A stretch of 64,000 nt of DNA from Schmidtea nova (Eukaryota): NCBI GenBank assembly GCA_044892505.1, contig CM097882.1, positions 312,542,001-312,606,000 on the forward strand. The letters run 5' to 3'. This document shows, in pieces, positions 38,364-49,900 of this stretch; positions within the stretch are counted from its first letter, which is position 1; each line of letters starts with the position of its first letter. Under the pieces are notes generated by a model. The model made no database searches and was not told the DNA's origin. It saw only the letters and a program-made list of their open reading frames with translations. The translations under genes were made by a program, and so were the position numbers.

Positions 38364-41300
38364 GTGCCTGCATCAGCTCAATCGTCTGCCATTCCCTCTA
38401 ATGAGACTGATGCAGAGAGCACAACTAAAAATAATATTTCAACTATCGACAATCGTGATCCTGAAGTGTGGTTTTCTGATAATGATATTGATTGGTATCT
38501 TGAAAACCACATTGATAATCCAATGCATGGATATATTAAATGCTTTATAGTAAATATCATCTGTTCTAACATCACAGAAGATATTGTTGAAATTCCACCA
38601 TCTATTAGCAATGCTGAAATTGTATTTTGTCCACTCAACATTAACAATTCGCACTGGATTCTTTTTGTTTATAGTAAGAAAATGTTATCTTCTTACTTTA
38701 TTGACCCAATCCTTGCAAACAGACAAAAGCCAATCAATAAACAAATGGCTCAGAGAATTAATCTAAAACTGAATAGATTTTTTAATCTAAATATATCTGT
38801 GTCCCGACATCCACACAAACATCTTGAATATCAGAATAACAGCTTTGACTGTGGCCCATTTACGTGTGCTTATGCTGTGATTATCAGTAAAGATTTGAAC
38901 AGCTTTCCAAATGGGTTCATAGAGAAAATTCGTACCAGTGTGCATGAAAATCAAAATCGTATGCAAATAACCGAATCCACCTTATTCGCTGGTACTAACT
39001 CCAAGATGGACATGACCAAAATAAATATCAAGAAAGCCCTTGCAAAAAAGAAAGTCATCACCAACACCTCAGATATGACCAAAGTATTGAACACTCAAAA
39101 ACCGTGTGTGTCATCAATAATTAGTAAATATTACGAAAGTAATTCTAAAATAACAGTCTTATCTGCCGAACTAACTTTAAACCTAATTGCACAAAATACC
39201 TCCTTCATAGCTGATAATGTCACTTTCAAGCAGTTCAAAGGAATCGATCATGTTATAAGTATCATTCCTAAATTTAACGATTGGTGTCTCTTTGTCTATT
39301 CGAATAAACTTGACAGGAGCTACATGTTCGACTTCAATTATCGAAACATTGATGAAAGGCTAATTGAAATTGGTGAAAAGATAACTGAATATCTGAATCA
39401 ATTCACTCTTGTTTCTAAAATAAAATTCACACCTCATCATAGAATTTCTCATCCAACATTTCATTCTTACGATGATCAATATTTTGCAAGTTCTTTTATT
39501 GTATTTTTTGAGAAACTTGTCTTTGAAAGAATACTGGACAATGATAAGGTTTATGACTCATTAAGTGCTCTAAAATATCAGTCTTGTAAAGATCTTTCTC
39601 CTAGCCTAAGTTTCATTAATGGTAAAATATCCGACAAAATTATTGAGGAATATTTTGCTAGCCTAAACTTATCGACCAAATATATTCTTCTAAACACAAC
39701 AATGTGTACTGCGCTTTCAGATGATTGCACTGAATACTTGAAAGACTTTGTAAACATTGAGTGCATGATGAAGGCTACTATAATCTTTGTAATCATTTCT
39801 CCTCCAAGAGCCAACGACTTGCTCATGGTTATTGATTACGACGCTGATGAGCACTATTTATTAAGCCCAGTCACTAATGACTTGTTCGTTATGACTGAAG
39901 GATTCTGCTATAAATTACTAATTAAAATTAATGAGATTAGAGAGAGCACAGGACGTTCCTTGAAATCGCGTAATTGTCGACATGACGTTAAAGGTTCTGG
40001 CTTATTTAGTAGGTTATTAATCTGTGCCTTTATTAAATATTATGCATTTGACCGATCTCTAGAAAATATCAATCTTCATGAAATTGGCAAAATTATCTAC
40101 TCACTTGTGCCATTGGTTGATAAAAATGATAATGCTGAGGAAGAAAGACGACTAAAATCAAAAGCTGTAAACTCTTTAAAACTAAATTTAAAACAGCGAA
40201 TAGAAAAAGCCAATAATCTTATAATTTCACTTGAACACGCCAGTATTGATGAAATCATAAGTGGCATTCTTTCAAATATTCCTCGTCTTAAAGATTTGAA
40301 CACCGATCACATTCGTACACCATATTTAGGTACTAAAATAGAAAAAGCTAGAAAATTCAAAAATTCCACTGAGTTTCTGTCAAACATGAAAAAGACTGTG
40401 TATAGGATTTTGGGTAACAACACAGAATCAATTGCACCTCCTTATCAGGAAATTATTGACACTTTCAGTCATCCTGATACATTACCTAGAAATTGGGAAA
40501 ACATCTTAAAATTCACTAAGAGTTCTAAATATAGTCTTGAATTAAATCCAATGACACCTAAAGAAATCCTTTCAAGTCTTTGCAAAGCTGACAACACTTC
40601 TCCAGGTCTTGATAATGTTTGTTATAAAGATCTTTTGTTATTAGACCCTGAATGTAAATTGCTAGCTTTTCTGTACAATAAAATCCTAAAATTAGACATT
40701 ATTCCTACAAGTTGGAAATCATTTAAAACGATACTAATCCCCAAACCAGATAAAAATGGCCAATATCATAAAATATATTCTTGGCGACCAATTGCCTTAT
40801 TATCTGTCATTTACAAAGTCTTCGCTTCAGTTTTGGCAAATCGTCTAAGCTTATGGATAAGAAATAATTCCATGTTACACATTGGCCAAAAGGGTGGTTC
40901 GGAGTACGAAGGATGTATTGAACACAACTCTATTCTTTCTGCTATCGTCGAACATTCAAAATACAGCAAGTCTTCACCTTTAACGATAGCTTGGCTAGAC
41001 ATCAAAGATGCCTTCGGAAGTGTTCCACATGACTACATGTGGACACTGTTAAAACACATAAATGTTAGTGATAGGTTTGTAGGAATTTTAAAACTGCTCT
41101 ATACTGATACAAGCTCGTTTTACTGTTGCAATAAAATGCAGACACCGGATATTCCAATAAAGAAAGGAGTTAAACAAGGTTGTCCGATCTCAATGATATT
41201 GTTTGCAATAGCTATTAACCCAGTACTTGAGTCTATTAATCTATCAAACGTTAATCCTTTTACGATTGGAACATCTCCGGTACAGGTGTTGGCTTATGCG

Positions 41301-42974
41301 GATGATATCGCACTTATCGCGACAAATACCTCTGATCTGCAAATACTCATAAACGTTGCTGTAAACACCGCTAAAACAATTGGATTTGAATATCGTCCAG
41401 AAAAGTGCGCTTATATGCAATTCCCTAAAATAGAAACTGTAAGCGAGATTTCTGTCAACAACGTTCTTATCAAAAAGATTGCAACAAATGAATTTTACCA
41501 ATACTTGGGAGTACCAATAGGTGACAATAATGATCAAAGTCCCTATGAAATTCTAAGCAAAGTAATTGAAGACACAAAGAAAATAGCAAATTCTGATCTT
41601 TACGGCTGGCAAAAACTTAAAGCGTATAAGGTCTTTCTGCATTCTCGCTTGATTTTTCCATTTAGAACTAGGGAAATCAAAACAAGTTCTTTAGCTGATT
41701 CGAGTAAAAATTCAAAATTAAATGTAAATAATACGAGTATTTTGAGGAGTCATCTTAGAAAAATATTGCACTTGCCACACTACTCTGAGATTAGCTATTT
41801 TTATAATTCTACTGAAAACGGCGGTGCAGGCTGCATAGACTTACTTGACGAGTATCATACACAGACAATCGTGTACTTTTTCCGTTTGTTAACATCAACG
41901 TGCGAATATTCGAAAAAGATAAATACTGACTCGCTTTTATTTGTCACAAGTCCGAGACTCGGAATCAAAAATCCAGTTCTTAAACAAAGTTTAGAATGGA
42001 TAAATGGAAAAGAGAGCAAGAAAAACAACAGTGGTTGCAAAACTCGATTTTATCGGTTGCGATCATCCATTGCTTACTTTTCTAAAGTTCACAACATTAA
42101 ATTGTTATTTGAAACAGTGAAAGGGAATCCTTCTATCCGTATAACCACTACACTTAAGGGAACACGTATATTATTACCAACATTAAGAAAAGCCTTGTCA
42201 ATGATTTTACATTCAGCTCTCCAGGATTCGTATCTCGAGAAATGGGAGAATAGCAATCATAATAATCTGCTTGTATCTGCGATAAAACTCTGTCCACTTG
42301 TCAACAAGCTTATTTTCCGCAGTGATTTGACAGAATTTGAATGGAGATTCGTCCATCGAGCAAGAACGAATACATTATCAATATTTGCGAAGCCATATAA
42401 AACTGGCGAAAATCGTCTTTGTCGTAGATGTAAGCTTGAAGACGAGACTTTATCACACGTTCTTCAAACTTGTAAAATGAACAAATCTTTGGCAACTAGT
42501 CGACATAACGCTTGCTTAGAAAAAATAAAAAGCGAGTTGAAAGATCCAAACTTGTTAGTTGTTGCGGATCATAAATGTTCCCTAGTACCGACATCAACTG
42601 AACGCGTTGATTTAATAATAACCAATAATGATAAAAAGACCATATTATTGGTAGACATGAAATGCCCAATCGATTCGGTGCCCAACTTTGACTTGGCTGA
42701 TAAAAAAAACATAGAAAAGTATGATAAACTAAAATCAGAAATTAAAATAGCCAAACCCGATTATAAAGTTGAGTTGTTTACCTGCATCATAGGCTCATTA
42801 GGATCCATTGAAATTAAAACACCTGATCTTTTAGTAAAAATGGGAGTAAAAGAAAATAAAGTAAAACGTCTGATGAAAGAGTGTGCAATTAGCAATATTG
42901 CGCACTCGGCCAAAATTTGGTACTTTCATACCAATGGCTTTCTTCCAGATAATATAAGACAAACTTGTAAATAA
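38364..42974 (+). CDS. E5 ORF2 (Ulp1-RT-CCHC-RLE)
   Basis: Intact, same motifs. Confidence 0.95.
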   Translation: MPASAQSSAIPSNETDAESTTKNNISTIDNRDPEVWFSDNDIDWYLENHIDNPMHGYIKCFIVNIICSNITEDIVEIPPSISNAEIVFCPLNINNSHWILFVYSKKMLSSYFIDPILANRQKPINKQMAQRINLKLNRFFNLNISVSRHPHKHLEYQNNSFDCGPFTCAYAVIISKDLNSFPNGFIEKIRTSVHENQNRMQITESTLFAGTNSKMDMTKINIKKALAKKKVITNTSDMTKVLNTQKPCVSSIISKYYESNSKITVLSAELTLNLIAQNTSFIADNVTFKQFKGIDHVISIIPKFNDWCLFVYSNKLDRSYMFDFNYRNIDERLIEIGEKITEYLNQFTLVSKIKFTPHHRISHPTFHSYDDQYFASSFIVFFEKLVFERILDNDKVYDSLSALKYQSCKDLSPSLSFINGKISDKIIEEYFASLNLSTKYILLNTTMCTALSDDCTEYLKDFVNIECMMKATIIFVIISPPRANDLLMVIDYDADEHYLLSPVTNDLFVMTEGFCYKLLIKINEIRESTGRSLKSRNCRHDVKGSGLFSRLLICAFIKYYAFDRSLENINLHEIGKIIYSLVPLVDKNDNAEEERRLKSKAVNSLKLNLKQRIEKANNLIISLEHASIDEIISGILSNIPRLKDLNTDHIRTPYLGTKIEKARKFKNSTEFLSNMKKTVYRILGNNTESIAPPYQEIIDTFSHPDTLPRNWENILKFTKSSKYSLELNPMTPKEILSSLCKADNTSPGLDNVCYKDLLLLDPECKLLAFLYNKILKLDIIPTSWKSFKTILIPKPDKNGQYHKIYSWRPIALLSVIYKVFASVLANRLSLWIRNNSMLHIGQKGGSEYEGCIEHNSILSAIVEHSKYSKSSPLTIAWLDIKDAFGSVPHDYMWTLLKHINVSDRFVGILKLLYTDTSSFYCCNKMQTPDIPIKKGVKQGCPISMILFAIAINPVLESINLSNVNPFTIGTSPVQVLAYADDIALIATNTSDLQILINVAVNTAKTIGFEYRPEKCAYMQFPKIETVSEISVNNVLIKKIATNEFYQYLGVPIGDNNDQSPYEILSKVIEDTKKIANSDLYGWQKLKAYKVFLHSRLIFPFRTREIKTSSLADSSKNSKLNVNNTSILRSHLRKILHLPHYSEISYFYNSTENGGAGCIDLLDEYHTQTIVYFFRLLTSTCEYSKKINTDSLLFVTSPRLGIKNPVLKQSLEWINGKESKKNNSGCKTRFYRLRSSIAYFSKVHNIKLLFETVKGNPSIRITTTLKGTRILLPTLRKALSMILHSALQDSYLEKWENSNHNNLLVSAIKLCPLVNKLIFRSDLTEFEWRFVHRARTNTLSIFAKPYKTGENRLCRRCKLEDETLSHVLQTCKMNKSLATSRHNACLEKIKSELKDPNLLVVADHKCSLVPTSTERVDLIITNNDKKTILLVDMKCPIDSVPNFDLADKKNIEKYDKLKSEIKIAKPDYKVELFTCIIGSLGSIEIKTPDLLVKMGVKENKVKRLMKECAISNIAHSAKIWYFHTNGFLPDNIRQTCK

Positions 42975-43329
42975 ATAATTATATATATATATAAATATTT
43001 GCTTTTTAAACTCTGTAAATAAAATTTAAAGTAAATATTTTGTAAAGTAATTTTTGTATTAAATATCAAATCTTTTTAATCTGATAAATTGTCTTTGAGA
43101 GTTATTAAATTGGGAGACCAAGTATTCTGCAACGTATGTCACTTATTCTAGACTTATCAACTTCAAAATAATACAGTCGCAAAGCTGGATGACGAAATCC
43201 AAAGAACCAGAAACTTCCATTCAGATTGAACAATTATATTTTGACTGTGATTGTTTAGGCACTAATCCATGTTGATTAGATAATCTGTAAAAAAAATATG
43301 TCAAACTTGTTATATTTAATAAATGTTTA

Positions 43330-43384
43330 TTATCACGTCTGCCTAACACGCAGAAGGTCCCCGGTTCGATCCCGGGTCGAACCA
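43330..43384 (+). pseudogene. 5'-truncated tRNA-Val(AAC), nt 19-73
   Basis: Abuts E5 3' end. Confidence 0.93.
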
Positions 43385-43564
43385 AATTTTTCTCAATTCA
43401 TTATTTGACTTTTATTATATTTGCAACTCTTTTTTTAATTCATAACGCAATTTTGTTGTTGAATTCTCTACTTTGTACATAAATTTTATTCAAGTGAATT
43501 CAGTACATTTTGTCAAGGTAATTCGAAAATCAAACATGCACAACAATTGTTAGTTGAAACTGTC

Positions 43565-43637
43565 GGTTCGATGGTGTAGCGGTTATCACGTCTGCCTAAC
43601 ACGCAGAAGGTCCCCGGTTCGATCCCGGGTCGAACCA
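43565..43637 (+). tRNA. trnV(AAC): tRNA-Val(AAC)
   Basis: Identical to 566-638. Confidence 0.97.
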
Positions 43638-43817
43638 AATTTTTCTCAATTCATTATTTGACTTTTATTATATTTGCAACTCTTTTTTTAATTCATAACG
43701 CAATTTTGTTGTTGAATTCTCTACTTTGTACATAAATTTTATTCAAGTGAATTCAGTACATTTTGTCAAGGTAATTCGAAAATCAAACATGCACAACAAT
43801 TGTTAGTTGAAACTGTC

Positions 43818-43890
43818 GGTTCGATGGTGTAGCGGTTATCACGTCTGCCTAACACGCAGAAGGTCCCCGGTTCGATCCCGGGTCGAACCA
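43818..43890 (+). tRNA. trnV(AAC): tRNA-Val(AAC)
   Basis: Identical to 566-638. Confidence 0.97.
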
Positions 43891-44070
43891 AATTTTTCTC
43901 AATTCATTATTTGACTTTTATTATATTTGCAACTCTTTTTTTAATTCATAACGCAATTTTGTTGTTGAATTCTCTACTTTGTACATAAATTTTATTCAAG
44001 TGAATTCAGTACATTTTGTCAAGGTAATTCGAAAATCAAACATGCACAACAATTGTTAGTTGAAACTGTC

Positions 44071-44143
44071 GGTTCGATGGTGTAGCGGTTATCACGTCTG
44101 CCTAACACGCAGAAGGTCCCCGGTTCGATCCCGGGTCGAACCA
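44071..44143 (+). tRNA. trnV(AAC): tRNA-Val(AAC)
   Basis: Identical to 566-638. Confidence 0.97.
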
Positions 44144-44272
44144 AATTTTTCTCAATTCATTATTTGACTTTTATTATATTTGCAACTCTTTTTTTAATTC
44201 ATAACGCAATTTTGTTGTTGAATTCTCTACTTTGTACATAAATTTTATTCAAGTGAATTCTTTCAAGGTTCG

Positions 44273-46906
44273 ATGACTCAATCACCTGCTGCTCAGTCAA
44301 CTGCTGCTGATGTAATGACTCAGTCTATTGCAAATCAGTCAACTGTGACGAAGCAATATGAATTAGAAAACATTCTCAAATATCAAATTTCCAGTTTGCA
44401 ATATTTTCAATCGATTTTGGATTATTTTTCTCAACTAAATGGTGGAAATCTCGCTACTGCCTCAGTTCTATCTGATGCGAATGCAAGTCAACGGAGTTCT
44501 TTCGATCAAGGATCTAAAATTTCTCCAAACCAATCTGATAATATGCCACTTTCTTATGCTGATATTGAGACTAAATTCACTAAATCAAAGGATTTACTTA
44601 TTGTCAAGCGCCTGGATTCATTGGAGTCTCAATTTATGAATATGGCTGAAAAGTTAGATTATTTGGTTTCTTTGTTTAATGGCTCTGTTGATGATTTATC
44701 AGATTTTCCTAAAGTAAATGAAAATAATTTAAATAATAATCCTTTCAATAAAAATAAAGTTTTTGATATCAAAGATAAATTAATTGTAAATAATGTAGTT
44801 TTAGATAAATCAAATATTTCAGAATTTATTGAAAATAATATTGCTAAAATTCCTAATAGTTTAATTGATGTAAATAATAAAATGTGTAATTCAAATAATA
44901 AATTTCTAAATAACCCTAATAAAGAGAATGTTAAACATTTTAATAATCCCAAAGAAACATCTTCAATTGATTTGACTAACGATAAAATTATGCCAAATGA
45001 AAACATAGAAATAATTATTAAAAATAATAAAAAATCTGTTAAAATTATAGAACCTAATAAAACAACTAAACAGAAGTATGATAAATTTGAATTTAAAAAT
45101 CTGGTTCGTATTTTAACGAAAAGGGAACGCCAGAAAATCTTGAATGCCTTCCCTGCTTTAATACAACTAATTAAAAAGAAAGAATCACAGAGTAAATATT
45201 TTGAAATTAATAAATTTCTTTCGAGCAAAGATTTTAATGTGAATCACTTGAATTTAATTAATTTTGATTATTTTTTCTATAGAAATTGTAATCTTTGTGT
45301 ATCTTTAAAATTGAACAACGCTCCTGTCATTTCATCAGCACCAAAACCTGTTGTTTTAAAATCTATTAAATTAATTGACCATAATATCGTCAAAATAAAT
45401 TCTGAAATCCCTGACTTTGTTCGAGCTCCAATGTCAATTCGAAGATTTTTATTCAATCTTTCGCACGATCTTTCAAACACTGTTTCCATCAAGGATGAGA
45501 AACACAGGGGAAATAAAATAAATAACATTCTTACTTCAATGAAACATAAACAACAATTACCAGATTATTTAATAAAATCAAACATTAAATACGAAAATGG
45601 TGAGTTCTTATTATTAGATTTGACTAACGATAAAATCAAATTGAACGACGATAATAACTTGATAAAATCAAATTTTTCTGAACTTACTAGAAGTCAGATT
45701 AAAAATCTTTACTATTCTTATCCTTCTCTTAAGGAAGTTTGTTTCGTTGAAAATCTTGAAACAAGATCATCATCCGTTAGTAAAATTATCGAATCTTTAA
45801 AGTTAATTAATGAATTTCCAAAAAATATCATTTTTAAAGAGGGTAAATTTTATCAGTCTGATAAAAGAACAATCTCACCTAGTAGTTCTCCTGACATAAT
45901 GTTCAACCTAGGTCTTTTTAATTTGGCTAGTATGAGTAGAAAAGATTGTGAATTAAAATCCATTTTAGAGAAGACTGGTTGTGACTTTAAAATAGTTGAA
46001 ATAATATTCTACCTCAACTATTTAGGCTTGACTCAATCTTTAGAATTTTGCAAAAATCAAACTTATTCCGATTATGTGAGGAATTACGTCTGTAATTGCT
46101 GCTTGATAAACTCACTCTGTAGTATTGCTGATGTTGATTCGCTTTCATCTGAAGATTTTGAGGGTTGGGCGACCGAAATTGTTCAGAAAATCCCAGTTTC
46201 TTCCTATTACTTCAATAGCTGCCAGGAAAAGCTTTTAAAGCTGAAGCAATGGGACATTTCAACTAAAATCAAAAGAATCCATAACGTTATTTCACCTGAA
46301 ATAATATCTTATTTAAATAACTTTCTTGACTCTGTAGACGTAAAATTTCCATCTAAGTCTCAACAACATAATATTCTAATTAAATTAATGAAAGCTATCA
46401 ATGACATTAAAATTTTTGATGACATACACGGAAATAAAGCAAAAAGACTTGTTTACTTTTTGCTAAGAGATGCCAAGAAATATTTGAATAAAAATCAACG
46501 ATTCAGATTATTTGAATCGAGCAATAAATATTGCACTTTAGAGATGGAGAATATAATTTCAGTAATAATTGAGAACCTTACCAAAGTTACTGACCATGAA
46601 GTTACTACTCCTGAAATCACAGTTGAAGAAACGCCAATTGAAATAACTTGTGATCCTGAACCTATCGTCTTGATTAAGGAAATAAACTGTTTAAAATGTA
46701 ACAATATCATCGAAAAATGCATTCTTGTTAGAGATGGAACAAACGTCAACATCTGTGAAAGCTGTCTATTTGACGCAATTACCTTTGAAAAGCCGATTCC
46801 TGAAGCTACTAATTCGGATATCGAAGAAAATATAGAAACAAATTGTAAGAAATCTTGTCCAAGACCTAGAAAAACAGACAAGAAAACATCAACCAAAGCA
46901 AAATGA
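44273..46906 (+). CDS. E6 ORF1, 877 aa
   Basis: Intact open frame. Confidence 0.88.
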   Translation: MTQSPAAQSTAADVMTQSIANQSTVTKQYELENILKYQISSLQYFQSILDYFSQLNGGNLATASVLSDANASQRSSFDQGSKISPNQSDNMPLSYADIETKFTKSKDLLIVKRLDSLESQFMNMAEKLDYLVSLFNGSVDDLSDFPKVNENNLNNNPFNKNKVFDIKDKLIVNNVVLDKSNISEFIENNIAKIPNSLIDVNNKMCNSNNKFLNNPNKENVKHFNNPKETSSIDLTNDKIMPNENIEIIIKNNKKSVKIIEPNKTTKQKYDKFEFKNLVRILTKRERQKILNAFPALIQLIKKKESQSKYFEINKFLSSKDFNVNHLNLINFDYFFYRNCNLCVSLKLNNAPVISSAPKPVVLKSIKLIDHNIVKINSEIPDFVRAPMSIRRFLFNLSHDLSNTVSIKDEKHRGNKINNILTSMKHKQQLPDYLIKSNIKYENGEFLLLDLTNDKIKLNDDNNLIKSNFSELTRSQIKNLYYSYPSLKEVCFVENLETRSSSVSKIIESLKLINEFPKNIIFKEGKFYQSDKRTISPSSSPDIMFNLGLFNLASMSRKDCELKSILEKTGCDFKIVEIIFYLNYLGLTQSLEFCKNQTYSDYVRNYVCNCCLINSLCSIADVDSLSSEDFEGWATEIVQKIPVSSYYFNSCQEKLLKLKQWDISTKIKRIHNVISPEIISYLNNFLDSVDVKFPSKSQQHNILIKLMKAINDIKIFDDIHGNKAKRLVYFLLRDAKKYLNKNQRFRLFESSNKYCTLEMENIISVIIENLTKVTDHEVTTPEITVEETPIEITCDPEPIVLIKEINCLKCNNIIEKCILVRDGTNVNICESCLFDAITFEKPIPEATNSDIEENIETNCKKSCPRPRKTDKKTSTKAK

Positions 46907-46912
46907 AGATGT

Positions 46913-49900
46913 GTGCCTGCATCAGCTCAATCGTCTGCCATTCCCTCTAATGAGACTGATGCAGAGAGCACAACTAAAAATAATATTTCAACTATCGACA
47001 ATCGTGATCCTGAAGTGTGGTTTTCTGATAATGATATTGATTGGTATCTTGAAAACCACATTGATAATCCAATGCATGGATATATTAAATGCTTTATAGT
47101 AAATATCATCTGTTCTAACATCACAGAAGATATTGTTGAAATTCCACCATCTATTAGCAATGCTGAAATTGTATTTTGTCCACTCAACATTAACAATTCG
47201 CACTGGATTCTTTTTGTTTATAGTAAGAAAATGTTATCTTCTTACTTTATTGACCCAATCCTTGCAAACAGACAAAAGCCAATCAATAAACAAATGGCTC
47301 AGAGAATTAACCTAAAACTGAATAGATTTTTTAATCTAAATATATCTGTGTCCCGACATCCACACAAACATCTTGAATATCAAAATAACAGCTTTGATTG
47401 TGGCCCATTTACGTGTGCTTATGCTGTGATTATCAGTAAAGATTTGAACAGCTTTCCAAATGGGTTCATAGAGAAAATTCGTACCAGTGTGCATGAAAAT
47501 CAAAATCGTATGCAAATAACCGAATCCACCTTATTCGCTGGTACTAACTCCAAGATGGACATGACCAAAATAAATATCAAGAAAGCCCTTGCAAAAAAGA
47601 AAGTCATCACCAACACCTCAGATATGACCAAAGTATTGAACACTCAAAAACCGTGTGTGTCATCAATAATTAGTAAATATTACGAAAGTAATTCTAAAAT
47701 AACAGTCTTATCTGCCGAACTAACTTTAAACCTAATTGCACAAAATACCTCCTTCATAGCTGATAATGTCACTTTCAAGCAGTTCAAAGGAATCGATCAT
47801 GTTATAAGTATCATTCCTAAATTTAACGATTGGTGTCTCTTTGTCTATTCGAATAAACTTGACAGGAGCTACATGTTCGACTTCAATTATCGAAACATTG
47901 ATGAAAGGCTAATTGAAATTGGTGAAAAGATAACTGAATATCTGAATCAATTCACTCTTGTTTCTAAAATAAAATTCACACCTCATCATAGAATTTCTCA
48001 TCCAACATTTCATTCTTACGATGATCAATATTTTGCAAGTTCTTTTATTGTATTTTTTGAGAAACTTGTCTTTGAAAGAATACTGGACAATGATAAGGTT
48101 TATGACTCATTAAGTGCTCTAAAATATCAGTCTTGTAAAGATCTTTCTCCTAGCTTAAGTTTCATTAATGGTAAAATATCCGACAAAATTATTGAGGAAT
48201 ATTTTGCTAGCCTAAACTTATCGACCAAATATATTCTTCTAAACACAACAATGTGTACTGCGCTTTCAGATGATTGCACTGAATACTTGAAAGACTTTGT
48301 AAACATTGAGTGCATGATGAAGGCTACTATAATCTTTGTAATCATTTCTCCTCCAAGAGCCAACGACTTGCTCATGGTTATTGATTACGACGCTGATGAG
48401 CACTATTTATTAAGCCCAGTCACTAATGACTTGTTCGTTATGACTGAAGGATTCTGCTATAAATTACTAATTAAAATTAATGAGATTAGAGAGAGCACAG
48501 GTCGTTCCTTGAAATCGCGTAATTGTCGACATGACGTTAAAGGTTCTGGCTTATTTAGTAGGTTATTAATCTGTGCCTTTATTAAATATTATGCATTTGA
48601 CCGATCTCTAGAAAATATCAATCTTCATGAAATTGGCAAAATTATCTACTCACTTGTGCCATTAGTTGATAAAAATGATAATGCTGAGGAAGAAAGACGA
48701 CTAAAATCAAAAGCTGTAAACTCTTTAAAACTAAATTTAAAACAGCGAATAGAAAAAGCCAATAATCTTATAATTTCACTTGAACACGCCAGTATTGATG
48801 AAATCATAAGTGGCATTCTTTCAAATATTCCTCGTCTTAAAGATTTGAACACCGATCACATTCGTACACCATATTTAGGTACTAAAGTAGAAAAAGCTAG
48901 AAAATTCAAAAATTCCACTGAGTTTCTGTCAAACATGAAAAAGACTGTGTATAGGATTTTGGGTAACAACACAGAATCAATTGCACCTCCTTATCAGGAA
49001 ATTATTGACACTTTCAGTCATCCTGATACATTACCTAGAAATTGGGAAAACATCTTAAAATTCACTAAGAGTTCTAAATATAGTCTTGAATTAAATCCAA
49101 TGACACCTAAAGAAATCCTTTCAAGTCTTTGCAAAGCTGACAACACTTCTCCAGGTCTTGATAATGTTTGTTATAAAGATCTTTTGTTATTAGACCCTGA
49201 ATGTAAATTGCTAGCTTTTCTGTACAATAAAATCCTAAAATTAGACATTATTCCTACAAGTTGGAAATCATTTAAAACCATACTAATCCCCAAACCAGAT
49301 AAAAATGGCCAATATCATAAAATATATTCTTGGCGACCAATTGCCTTATTATCTGTCATTTACAAAGTCTTCGCTTCAGTTTTGGCAAATCGTCTAAGCT
49401 TATGGATAAGAAATAATTCCATGTTACACATTGGCCAAAAGGGTGGTTCGGAGTACGAAGGATGTATTGAACACAACTCTATTCTTTCTGCTATCGTCGA
49501 ACATTCAAAATACAGCAAGTCTTCACCTTTAACGATAGCTTGGCTAGACATCAAAGATGCCTTCGGAAGTGTTCCACATGACTACATGTGGACACTGTTA
49601 AAACACATAAATGTTAGTGATAGGTTTGTAGGAATTTTAAAACTGCTCTATACTGATACAAGCTCGTTTTATTGTTGCAATAAAATGCAGACACCGGATA
49701 TTCCAATAAAGAAAGGAGTTAAACAAGGTTGTCCGATCTCAATGATATTGTTTGCAATAGCTATTAACCCAGTACTTGAGTCTATTAATCTATCAAACGT
49801 CAATCCTTTTACGATTGGAACATCTCCGGTACAGGTTTTGGCTTATGCGGATGATATCGCACTTATCGCGACAAATACCTCTGATCTGCAAATACTCATA

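Larger units (their letters stand above)
35712..43329 (+). mobile_element. E5: full-length RLE retrotransposon, 7618 bp, both ORFs intact
   Basis: Same junctions; chimeric 5' end. Confidence 0.94.
43330..44260 (+). repeat. tRNA-Val array F (1 remnant + 3 intact)
   Basis: Period 253. Confidence 0.97.
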